From Pseudomonadota bacterium (lineage in GTDB: Bacteria > Myxococcota > JACRCW01 > JAFGSX01), in NCBI GenBank assembly GCA_043821645.1, contig JBDRCO010000003.1:160001-224000 (forward strand): DNA of 64,000 nt. Direction: 5' to 3'. This document shows positions 18,604 to 27,857 of the stretch, one piece after another. The notes under the pieces were generated by a model. It was given only the letters and a program-made list of their open reading frames with translations. It was not told the origin of the DNA and searched no databases. A program made the position numbers and the translations under genes. Position 1 is the stretch's first letter, and each line of letters begins with the position of its first letter.

Positions 18604-19686
18604 ATGTCCGACGTCGCGCAGCAGACGAGTTCGGGTGCCGACATGGCTCCGCGGTTCGAGGGCGGGCGAGGTGAGGCACGGCACCGCGTCATTGTCGAAC
18701 TCCTGGGTGAGCCGCAACAGACGTCTGGTGTCCTGGGCTTCGTCCAGGCTCTGCGTCGCGAGACCGCGCGGGACTGGGAACGCCACGTCGAACCGCTCAT
18801 CGAGCTGCACTGGCCCCAGGTGCGCAGCACACCCTTCTACGCCAAGTTCAAGATCGGTGCCCAGCAGGTCTACGCGCCAGCTCCCTACACGGTGATGCTG
18901 CTGTCGCGACGACGGCCTGTGATGCTGCGTCTGCTGCTCGGCCTGTGCGCAGGGCTGCATCTCGGCGGCGCATTCATCGCGCGCGCCCTCTGCCTCCTGG
19001 TTCCCCTGTACGCGCGGTTGTTCATGACCGTCGAGAGCCGGCGCATCGCGCTCATGGCGGCCTTCATTGCTGCGGTCGATGAAGCCTTTGACCACCACCT
19101 GGAGCACCTCCCGGCGGTCGAGCGGCCAGGCGTGCTGCGCGCGATCCTGGAGGGCACAGCCGAGCCCTCCTCGCCCCCGCTGAAGCTCGTCCAGGCCCTC
19201 CGCATGGCCATGAACGAGGGCACCAGCGTCGAGGAAGCTGCCGAGCTCAGCCAGGCCATCGAGGGCTGTTGCCGCTGGGGTGAGGCCGAAATGCGGCGCG
19301 CACTGCGCCAGCACGACACCGAGGGCCTGTGCCACCGGGGCGAGGGAATTCGCAACGGCATCAACGGCCTGGCCTGGACCGTGCGGCGCTACATCTCTGA
19401 GGTCGAGTGGCAGTGGATGTTCGACGTCAGTTGCTTCATCCAGATGCTCGACGACTGGGTCGATCTCGAGAAGGACCTGGCCGACGACGTGTGGACCCCC
19501 GTCGCCGATGGAATCTGGAACCTCGACACCATCCGCGACAGCTTCGAACGCACGTCGCGCACGGTGGTGGACATCGCGCGCGCTCACGGGGAGCCGTACG
19601 ACCCATACCTGTCTCTGATCGAAGAGGGCTATCGCGAGCAGGTGCGAGACCTTCTTCAGAACATGGTGCGGGGAGTGGCCGCCTGA
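18604..19686 (+). CDS. Putative class I isoprenoid synthase-fold protein
   Basis: All-helical; Asp-rich motifs 'VDEAFD' and 'FIQMLDDWVDLEKD'. Confidence 0.55.
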   Translation: MSDVAQQTSSGADMAPRFEGGRGEARHRVIVELLGEPQQTSGVLGFVQALRRETARDWERHVEPLIELHWPQVRSTPFYAKFKIGAQQVYAPAPYTVMLLSRRRPVMLRLLLGLCAGLHLGGAFIARALCLLVPLYARLFMTVESRRIALMAAFIAAVDEAFDHHLEHLPAVERPGVLRAILEGTAEPSSPPLKLVQALRMAMNEGTSVEEAAELSQAIEGCCRWGEAEMRRALRQHDTEGLCHRGEGIRNGINGLAWTVRRYISEVEWQWMFDVSCFIQMLDDWVDLEKDLADDVWTPVADGIWNLDTIRDSFERTSRTVVDIARAHGEPYDPYLSLIEEGYREQVRDLLQNMVRGVAA

Positions 19687-19825
19687 GGCGATCCCCTCGC
19701 TGGACCCTGCCCGCAGCTCGCTATCTCGTCGAGTTCGTGCGCAAGCCGGCGCCCTTGCAGGGTGCGCGTGTTGCCTTGGCGCCGATGCAGCAGCGACGAG
19801 GGTGTGGTTCACCGGCCCCGCGTGC

Positions 19826-22105
19826 TCAGCGCCGGGGAAGGCCGAAAGCCCCCAGCTTCACCAGCGCTGGCACCAGCAAGAGCACCACGGCCAGGGCCAC
19901 CAGCAGGCATCCCGGGAGCAGGGTGCCGAAGATGCGCGACGTGAAATACGAGGCGAGCGAGAGCGGCGCAAAGCCCGCCACCAGGATCACCGAGGTGATG
20001 ACGATGGCTCGACCCGCGTAGGCGAAGCTGGCCTCGATGGCCCGGTCGACGTCCGGAGCGCGCCCCAGCTCGCGGCGAAGCCGCAGCAGAAAGTGGATGG
20101 TGTCGTCGACACCGATGCCGATGGCGACCAGGCAGACGATGTACGCGTCGGAGTCGACCGGATTCCAGACCCAGCCCAGGGTCCCGAGCAAGACCAGCAG
20201 GGGCAACACGTTGGGGACCATGGACCACAGGCCAGCACGGATCGAGCGCAGTGCGAGGATCATCATGGCCAGGATGGTGGCGAGGGCGAACAGCAGCGCG
20301 TTGCGCTGACCCGCGACCAGGGTGTCGAGCCAGCCACCAAGAAGAAAGGTCAGACCTGTGACCTCGACCTGGGCCTCCGCGCCCAGGAATTGTCTGGCAC
20401 GGGTGGCGACCTGCCGCCCGAGAACATGGGTCGCCAGCACGCCCTGGTCCTGGATGCGCAGGTGAAGCCGCAGCACGCGGCGGCCATCGTCGAGAACGCT
20501 GCGTAGCATCCCGTCGTCGGCCATCTCCAGCAGCAGCAGGATCTGGGCGGTGGCTTCTGCGGACGTCGGGATCTCGCTCTCGCTGCCGAGAGCCCGGCTC
20601 GCCTGGCGCAGCGGATCGACGACGGACAGCACGCGGTCGACGCCCGGGAGGTCGCTCAGGTCCTCCTGGAGCCTGGCCACACGTCGCAGGAATCCTGGTT
20701 CGGAGGCCCCACCATCGACGCCGCTATCCACGAAGACGTCGAGGCTGCCCACACCCGCGAAGTTCTCCTGCAGAAAACGCTGGCTCTTTCTGAGGGGACT
20801 GTCCTCGCCCAGGCGGCGCGCAAAGTCTGTCTCGATGTGAATCTGCAGCAGGCCGGCGACGGACAGGCCGGCGAGCGCCGTGAACACCAGCACCAGCAGT
20901 CGCGGTCTGGTGCGCGCCAGACTGGCGCTGACATGCAGCAGGCGATCGATAGACCGAAGGGGTGCTGCACCACCGTCACCCTGAGCGGGGCTCGGCGCGG
21001 GAAGCAGGCTGAACAGGACCGGGCACAGGGCCAGCGCGAGCAGCAGCGAGACGGCCACCCCGAAGCCCATCAATACCCCGGACTGGCGGAACACGGGCGC
21101 CGGCACCAGAGCCATGGATGCAAAACCTGCAAAGGTGGTCAGCGAGGTGTACAGGCAGGCTTCGCCCACCTCGGCGCCCGCTCGTTCAATGGCCTCGGTC
21201 TTGGTGCTGCTGCGGGAGAGCTCGTGGAGGTAGGCCCCACACATGTGAACGACATCTGAGCAGGCGATGATGAGAATGAAGATGGGGCACAGGGCCATGA
21301 ACACGTCGATCTGTCCGTACAGCAGCACGCCAAAGCCTAGGGTCCACAGCACACCGAGCATCGACACCAGGCCCGTGATCAGCACAGGCCACGCGCGCCG
21401 GAACAGGCCAAGCATGGTGAGCAGCAGCACCACCGCGACCAGGGGGAGCAGGCGTGTCAGGTTGAACAGGGTCGCGCTCATGATGTCCGCGAGCACCGCG
21501 ACCCAACCCGCGCGGTAGAGCCGCTCAGTCGCGAAGCCCTGCGCCGTGAGCACGCCGAGCACCTCGTGCACCAGCAGGGGGTAGAGCTCGACGGTGCGCT
21601 GCTCGTCACGTCGCAGCTCGACGATCAGTGCTGCGTGGCGGCAGTCCTTCGAGATCAGCAAGCCGTGCACGTCCGGGCGCTCACAGGCCAGCTGCAGCTG
21701 TTCCCGCGTCGTGGAGGGATCCCCACGGGCCAGCACCTGCTCCAGATTTTGCACCACCAGGGCGCCGTCCTGATCCCGGACCTCTCCTGAGTCGAGGATG
21801 GTCACCACCCGGCCGATATCTGGCATTGCACGCAGGGTGCGAACAGCGTCGGCGAGCCTCGCTCTCTCGGAAGCCAGACCCAGGTCCAGGTCCGCGATGG
21901 CGATCAGCAGCACCTCGTCGTTGCCGAAGTGCTGCGCACGCTCGACGTAGGAGTGGTAGGCGGGGCTCTCGCCCAGGAACAGACCACCGATGGTGGACGC
22001 GATGGTGGCCCGGGATACCATCCATGCGGCGGAGGCGCTGATGCCGACGACGGCGGCGAGGATCGCGACCCGCCATCGCAGCATGAAGCGGACGAATCGG
22101 ATCAC
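19826..22105 (-). CDS. MMPL/RND family exporter
   Basis: Two-fold repeated TM bundles; 'TSLTTFAGFASM', 'IGIGVDDTIH', 'TSVILVAGF'. Confidence 0.9.
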   Translation of the reverse strand: MIRFVRFMLRWRVAILAAVVGISASAAWMVSRATIASTIGGLFLGESPAYHSYVERAQHFGNDEVLLIAIADLDLGLASERARLADAVRTLRAMPDIGRVVTILDSGEVRDQDGALVVQNLEQVLARGDPSTTREQLQLACERPDVHGLLISKDCRHAALIVELRRDEQRTVELYPLLVHEVLGVLTAQGFATERLYRAGWVAVLADIMSATLFNLTRLLPLVAVVLLLTMLGLFRRAWPVLITGLVSMLGVLWTLGFGVLLYGQIDVFMALCPIFILIIACSDVVHMCGAYLHELSRSSTKTEAIERAGAEVGEACLYTSLTTFAGFASMALVPAPVFRQSGVLMGFGVAVSLLLALALCPVLFSLLPAPSPAQGDGGAAPLRSIDRLLHVSASLARTRPRLLVLVFTALAGLSVAGLLQIHIETDFARRLGEDSPLRKSQRFLQENFAGVGSLDVFVDSGVDGGASEPGFLRRVARLQEDLSDLPGVDRVLSVVDPLRQASRALGSESEIPTSAEATAQILLLLEMADDGMLRSVLDDGRRVLRLHLRIQDQGVLATHVLGRQVATRARQFLGAEAQVEVTGLTFLLGGWLDTLVAGQRNALLFALATILAMMILALRSIRAGLWSMVPNVLPLLVLLGTLGWVWNPVDSDAYIVCLVAIGIGVDDTIHFLLRLRRELGRAPDVDRAIEASFAYAGRAIVITSVILVAGFAPLSLASYFTSRIFGTLLPGCLLVALAVVLLLVPALVKLGAFGLPRR

Positions 22106-22214
22106 CGGATCACTCCCGACCCCTCAACGCTCAGGGTCGCAGCCACGAGGCATCTGCGCGCCGACCTGGGTACCAGGGTCAAGGAACCGCATGGGAACCC
22201 GCGCGGCGTTTCAA

Positions 22215-23447
22215 TCAGCCAAAGAGAATGCTCTGCCGCGTCGCCAGCTGAGCATTGAGCATGTCCTGGATGCGCTCGCGTACCTGCTCGGTGATGCTGT
22301 TGACCAGGGCGATGTCCTGGCAGTCCTGCTCGGCGTAGCGCGACATCTCGAGGGGTTCACCAAAGGTCACCTGCCACTTCGTGGGCAGGGGCAGCACGCC
22401 GAGGACGCCGAGCCAGGGGAAGGTCGGTGTGATCGGGAGATAGGGCACACCCAGGGTCTTGACCAGCCGGGTGATCTTCCCCAGCAGGGGATAGATCTCC
22501 TCGGAGCCGATGACGGCTGCCGGCACGATGGGGCTGCCTGTTCTCATGGCGAGCTTGACGAAGCCGCCCCGGCCAAAGCGCTGCAGCTTGTAACGATCGC
22601 GGTACAGCTTGCCCAGGCCCTTCTGACCCTCGGGGAAGACCACCACGAGTTGATCCTGCTTGAGCAGACGCTCGGCGTTGTCCTGGTCCGCGCGCACGCC
22701 ACCCAGGCGCCCCATCGCCAGACCAACGAAGGGTGCGTGCCACACCGCGTCCTCGACCAGCGCGCGCACCTGGCGTCCCGAGGGCTGGGACCGACGCAAA
22801 CCCGTCATCAGCATCAGCGCGTCCAGCGGTAGCGAGCCTGCGTGGTTCGCTACCACGAGCGCCCGACCCTGGTCGGGCACCGCCTCCGCCATGCTCAGGC
22901 CGACCCGGAAATACTCCTCGTAGAGAAAGCGCAGCAGTGGCTCGGCGCGCGCCAGGGCCTGCCCGCTCATGCCGAAATGATCCATGTTGTCGTCGTGCCA
23001 GCTGTCCTCCCGCAGCGACGCGACGGCCGGCGACCCGGCCAGCCCAGGGCTCGCGGTCTGCCCCACCCGCGCCCGGCGCGCAGCCTGGGCTTCGCGCACC
23101 ACACCCGCGACGGCCTTGCGGGAGCTTGCCGAGAGGGCTTCGCTTCGGGTCCGCGTCTTGCGCTTTGAAGCCCGGGCCGCGGTGCGCGCGGAGGCCGTGG
23201 TGCTCCCGGCCCTGGCAGGCTTGGCGCCGTCCGGACGGTCCTTCTTCGACGAGGTCCCGGCGGTCATGTCGAGGTCGCTGTGCGTGGCTGCAGGCGTGCC
23301 CTGGGCCAGGGTTTCAAAGGGATTGCGGCCGAGGACGCTGCTGCTCATGGTCATTCCTGTCGCTGTCTCAAAAGCATGCCACCGCGGCTCCGGCGCGGCC
23401 CCTCGGGGGTCACCCGCCTCGTGGATGGCGGTCGCGCTCACCCTCAC
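22215..23447 (-). CDS. Lysophospholipid/glycerol acyltransferase (PlsC-like) with long basic N-terminal extension
   Basis: 'VANHAGSLPLD', 'VFPEG', 'FGRGGFVKLA..GSPIVP'; start uncertain (23447 GTG overlaps upstream stop). Confidence 0.85.
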   Translation of the reverse strand: MRVSATAIHEAGDPRGAAPEPRWHAFETATGMTMSSSVLGRNPFETLAQGTPAATHSDLDMTAGTSSKKDRPDGAKPARAGSTTASARTAARASKRKTRTRSEALSASSRKAVAGVVREAQAARRARVGQTASPGLAGSPAVASLREDSWHDDNMDHFGMSGQALARAEPLLRFLYEEYFRVGLSMAEAVPDQGRALVVANHAGSLPLDALMLMTGLRRSQPSGRQVRALVEDAVWHAPFVGLAMGRLGGVRADQDNAERLLKQDQLVVVFPEGQKGLGKLYRDRYKLQRFGRGGFVKLAMRTGSPIVPAAVIGSEEIYPLLGKITRLVKTLGVPYLPITPTFPWLGVLGVLPLPTKWQVTFGEPLEMSRYAEQDCQDIALVNSITEQVRERIQDMLNAQLATRQSILFG

Positions 23448-24454
23448 GTCGTGAGTCCCACCCCATCCTCGCCACTGGTATGCGGTCGACCGCGCGAACC
23501 CCTCGCGAAGTCGTCAATGGTCTCGCGCGAGCGATGTCCGGGGCGAAAACCCAGAACCTCCCGGGCCCGGTGCCCGTCGCCGAGCCACACATAGCGCAGG
23601 TAGTCCAGGAAGCCCGGCGGTGTCATGTTGACCTGGGCCGTCCACAGGGCACCGAGGATGGCATTGGCCAGAGGAAGCGGCAGGGGTACCGCCCGGGCGT
23701 GCAGGCGCTCGACGGCCTGGCCCAGGGTGAGGACGTCGTCGGGCACGATGTTGAAGGCCCCGCCGGGGACTTTTTCCACTGCAAGCTGCAGTGCATGCGC
23801 GGCGTCGTCCTCGTGCAGGAACTGCATGGGCGGATCGAAGCCAAGCAGGGTGTGCACCACCGGCCGCCGCAGGATGCGGGTCCAGTAATTGTCGATGCTG
23901 CTGCCCAGGGTGGGGGCCATGCGCAGGACGGTCACGGTGGTGCCGTCACAGTTCTGGGCGTGGCTGGCAAGCTGCTGCTCGGCATCGACCTTGTCCGACA
24001 CCCAGCGGCTGCGCTGCGCTCCGAGGAGGGGCCGTTCCTCTCCCAGAAGCTGGGGGTTCTGTGGATGGGCGCCGTAGCACATGGTCGTCGATAGGGCGAC
24101 CACGTGCGGTACCCGAGCCCGGGCGCAGGCATTGAGCATGTACATCGTGCCTATGCTCTCGAGCTCGTGAGCCCAGGCCTGCTGGTGCACCGGGCGGCTG
24201 AGGTACGCGAGGTGAACCACGGTGTCGATGGCTTCCCGTTCCAGCATGCCCGCCAGCACCACATCGGCCGCGGGCTCGGTGAGATCGATATGCTCGTAGC
24301 GCACCTCGACAGCGCCGGGACCCGGCCTCCGCACGTCCAGACCGAGCAGGTGCTTGTACCGTGGATCGCCACGCAGGATGCCGAGCAGCCGCTGCCCGAA
24401 AAAAGACAGCGCGCCGATGACAGCGACCCGTCTCCCGTCGCCGGACGTGCTCAT
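23444..24454 (-). CDS. NAD-dependent epimerase/dehydratase family protein
   Basis: Rossmann 'VAVIGALSFFG', 'VVHLA', 'MQFLHEDDA'; GGGGAG RBS. Confidence 0.85.
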   Translation of the reverse strand: MSTSGDGRRVAVIGALSFFGQRLLGILRGDPRYKHLLGLDVRRPGPGAVEVRYEHIDLTEPAADVVLAGMLEREAIDTVVHLAYLSRPVHQQAWAHELESIGTMYMLNACARARVPHVVALSTTMCYGAHPQNPQLLGEERPLLGAQRSRWVSDKVDAEQQLASHAQNCDGTTVTVLRMAPTLGSSIDNYWTRILRRPVVHTLLGFDPPMQFLHEDDAAHALQLAVEKVPGGAFNIVPDDVLTLGQAVERLHARAVPLPLPLANAILGALWTAQVNMTPPGFLDYLRYVWLGDGHRAREVLGFRPGHRSRETIDDFARGSRGRPHTSGEDGVGLTT

Positions 24455-24514
24455 GTTGCGCGCTCCCCCGACCTGGTGGCCGGCCGTCGGTGGCCGGATC
24501 GTGAACCCGTCTCC

Positions 24515-24543
24515 TTCGTAGTCCTGCCCCACGACGCTGTCAA
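24515..24543 (-). promoter_or_regulatory. Sigma70 promoter candidate for the epimerase-acyltransferase unit
   Basis: Minus strand TTGACA-N17-TACGAA. Confidence 0.4.
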
Positions 24544-24637
24544 CGCCGGGTCATCGCCGTCGACAGCCCCTTCTCCTTTGGGTATGGTGCCGCGGCGTCG
24601 ACGTGCACCGGCATGAAGTGGCGCCAGGAGAGATCAG

Positions 24638-25075
24638 ATGATCAAGCTCGCAGTGGGATTCGTGGCCGGGTTTGGGCTCGCCCTTGGCTTGGTGTACCTC
24701 AACGTGCTCACACCAGGGGCAGTGCGCAGCGTCGCCGCCAACCCGCAGCAGGGTGTCAACCAGGTCGCGGACAACATGGTGCAGCAGGTCAAGGAGGGCG
24801 CCAAGAACCTCCGCACCAACGGCGAGGCGGCGGCCATGGTCACGGGTAAGACCACCCAGGAGGCGGTCTGTCGTCGAGAAGGACTGTCCACGCGGCATGT
24901 CTGCCGCACCCGGGAAGGCACCATCTACCGCGTCATGGGTGACGAGGTGGTGCTGTACAAGGGGGACCTGGCGACCCTGGACCCGGATCTGTCGGACTGG
25001 GCCAAGCAGGCCTTTGATGAGATTCTGAGCGCTGCCGCCAAGGAAGCGAGGCCGGCTCCTGCCCCAGCCAAGTAG
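24638..25075 (+). CDS. Hypothetical membrane-anchored protein
   Basis: AGGAG RBS; N-terminal hydrophobic helix; one Cys pair. Confidence 0.65.
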   Translation: MIKLAVGFVAGFGLALGLVYLNVLTPGAVRSVAANPQQGVNQVADNMVQQVKEGAKNLRTNGEAAAMVTGKTTQEAVCRREGLSTRHVCRTREGTIYRVMGDEVVLYKGDLATLDPDLSDWAKQAFDEILSAAAKEARPAPAPAK

Positions 25076-25225
25076 CCCGCCGCAGGCCGTTCTGGCTTGC
25101 CGTCTGCCACGCGAATATGCCATAGGACAAAGTTCCGCGTCCTGGCCTGCTGTGCATCACATCTCTGAGGTGGTGGCGGCGGGTCTGTACGGACACGACA
25201 CAGGAGAGGAGGGTTCGACTTTACG

Positions 25226-25930
<705 letters not shown>

Positions 25931-26136
25931 CATCCTGCGGCGCAGCCGCGCCGGGATGGTCTTTCTCCCTCTCCCACATCTTTGCCTTTGCAAGCTCAGA
26001 TGCGTCTGATATTGCCGCGGTTCACAATTGCGCTTGCCGGCACTGGCCGGGAGCGTCCCCGGGCCGGCCCCCCAAGTGCGGACCCGCTGATCGAGGTCGA
26101 CAGCGGGAACGCCGCCGCGTTCGGGCGGAGGACGAG

Positions 26137-26340
26137 ATGGCTGGAGTGAAGATGAAGACCAAGCGCGCCGCGGCCAAGCGCTTCTCGGTCACGGGTTCTG
26201 GTCGCATCAAGCGCAACGCGGCCAAGCGCCGCCACATCCTGTCTCACAAGAGCCGCAAGCTGAAGCGGCACCTGAGGCAGGACAAGTACATCGCGGCGGT
26301 GGACGAGCGCCAGGTGCGCCGGCTGATCCCGTATCTATGA
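26137..26340 (+). CDS. rpmI: 50S ribosomal protein L35
   Basis: '[22 protein letters not shown]'. Confidence 0.96.
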   Translation: MAGVKMKTKRAAAKRFSVTGSGRIKRNAAKRRHILSHKSRKLKRHLRQDKYIAAVDERQVRRLIPYL

Positions 26341-26411
26341 ATCAACCATGACGGGTGCAGGACACCGCGCCGGTTCGACCGCGCGCACCCACCCGATTCA
26401 GGAGTAGACCC

Positions 26412-26765
26412 ATGCCCAGAGTGAAAAGGGGTTTCAAGGCCCGTCGTCGTCGTAACCGCCTGCTCAAGCGGGCGAGTGGATTCTTCCAGCGCCGCAGCCG
26501 CACCTTCCGGGTGGCTCACGAGACCGTGATCCGCGCTCTGGCCTATGCTTTCCGGGGTCGCAAGGAGCGAAAGCGCGACTTCCGTCGCCTGTGGATCGTG
26601 CGCATCAACGCGGCAGCTCGGCTGCACGGTCTGTCATATTCGCGGATGATGGGTGGCCTCAAGCGGGCCAAGGTCGAGCTCGACCGCAAATCTCTTGCCG
26701 ACCTCGCGGTGTCCGATCCCAAGGCCTTCGGGTCCCTGGCCGAGCTGGCCAAGGCGCAGGCCTGA
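26412..26765 (+). CDS. rplT: 50S ribosomal protein L20
   Basis: 'MPRVKRG', '[17 protein letters not shown]', '[11 protein letters not shown]'. Confidence 0.97.
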   Translation: MPRVKRGFKARRRRNRLLKRASGFFQRRSRTFRVAHETVIRALAYAFRGRKERKRDFRRLWIVRINAAARLHGLSYSRMMGGLKRAKVELDRKSLADLAVSDPKAFGSLAELAKAQA

Positions 26766-26787
26766 GGCGGGCGCCGGGCGCGGATCC

Positions 26788-27822
26788 ATGGAACAGCAAC
26801 TCCTGGCACTGCTGGATGAGGCCAGGCTGGCCTTTGGCGGTGCCGATGGCGTCGATGCCGTCGAGGCGCTGCGCGTCGCGTACCTGGGCAAGAAGGGCAA
26901 GGTCTCGGTCATCCTGCGCCAGATGGGGCAGCTGAGCGAGACCGAGCGCCCCGTGGTTGGCAAGGTGGCCAACGAGGTGCGCGATGCGATCCGGGTCCTC
27001 GTCGACGAGGGTCTGGTCCGGGCCGGGGAGCGTCAGCGCGCTCGGGACCTCAGTGAAAGGGTGGATATCAGTCAGCCAGGGAGGCGCGCGGCCCGGGGGC
27101 GCGAGCACCCGATCATGCGCACCCAGCGCGAGATCGTGGCCGTGCTCCGAGGTCTGGGCTTCGCCGTGGCCAGCGGCCCCGAGATCGAGCACGACTACTA
27201 CAACTTCGAGGCGCTGAACTTCCCGCACGATCACCCCGCGCGGGACATGCAGGACACCTTCTTTGTCGAGGACGGGGTGGTCCTGCGCACGCACACCTCG
27301 CCGATCCAGATCCGGGCCATGCTCGCGGCCGGTGAGCCGCCGCTGCGCGTGGTGGCGCCGGGTGCCGTTTACCGTTGCGACCAGGATGCCACCCACGCAC
27401 CCATGTTCTTCCAGGTCGAGGGCTTCTTCGTCGACGAGGGCGTGACCTTTGGCGATCTCAAGGGGACCCTGCATCACTTCCTGCAGAGCCTGTTCGGCGC
27501 CGACGTGCAGATGCGGCTCAGGCCCAGCTTCTTCCCGTTCACCGAGCCGTCCTGCGAGGTGGACATGAGCTGCGGCGTCTGCGCCGGGCTTGGCCCCGAG
27601 GGCCGGGCTGCCTGCCGCGTGTGCAAGGGCAGCGGCTGGGTCGAGATCCTGGGTGCCGGGATGATCGATCCCAACGTGCTCAAGGCGGTGGGCTGGGACG
27701 CCGAGAAGTACAGCGGGTTTGCCTTCGGGGTGGGCGTTGACCGCGTGGCCATGCTGCGCCACGGTATCGACGACATCCGGCTGCTCACCGAGAACGACGT
27801 CCGCTTCCTGTCGCAGTTCTAG
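26788..27822 (+). CDS. pheS: Phenylalanine--tRNA ligase alpha subunit
   Basis: 'NFEALN..HPARDMQDTF', 'LRTHTSP', 'RPSFFPFTEPS', 'GFAFG'. Confidence 0.97.
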   Translation: MEQQLLALLDEARLAFGGADGVDAVEALRVAYLGKKGKVSVILRQMGQLSETERPVVGKVANEVRDAIRVLVDEGLVRAGERQRARDLSERVDISQPGRRAARGREHPIMRTQREIVAVLRGLGFAVASGPEIEHDYYNFEALNFPHDHPARDMQDTFFVEDGVVLRTHTSPIQIRAMLAAGEPPLRVVAPGAVYRCDQDATHAPMFFQVEGFFVDEGVTFGDLKGTLHHFLQSLFGADVQMRLRPSFFPFTEPSCEVDMSCGVCAGLGPEGRAACRVCKGSGWVEILGAGMIDPNVLKAVGWDAEKYSGFAFGVGVDRVAMLRHGIDDIRLLTENDVRFLSQF

Positions 27823-27857
27823 CGCAGAGGCGCGCGACGCCTGCAAAGGAGCCCCCC

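Noticed and set aside
22106-22214. Two hairpins upstream of the MMPL gene, considered as 6S RNA or a riboswitch
   Set aside because: Too short for 6S and no recognisable riboswitch consensus
25205-25225. GGTTCGACT resembling a tRNA T-loop
   Set aside because: No T-stem closure or cloverleaf; it is the infC RBS region
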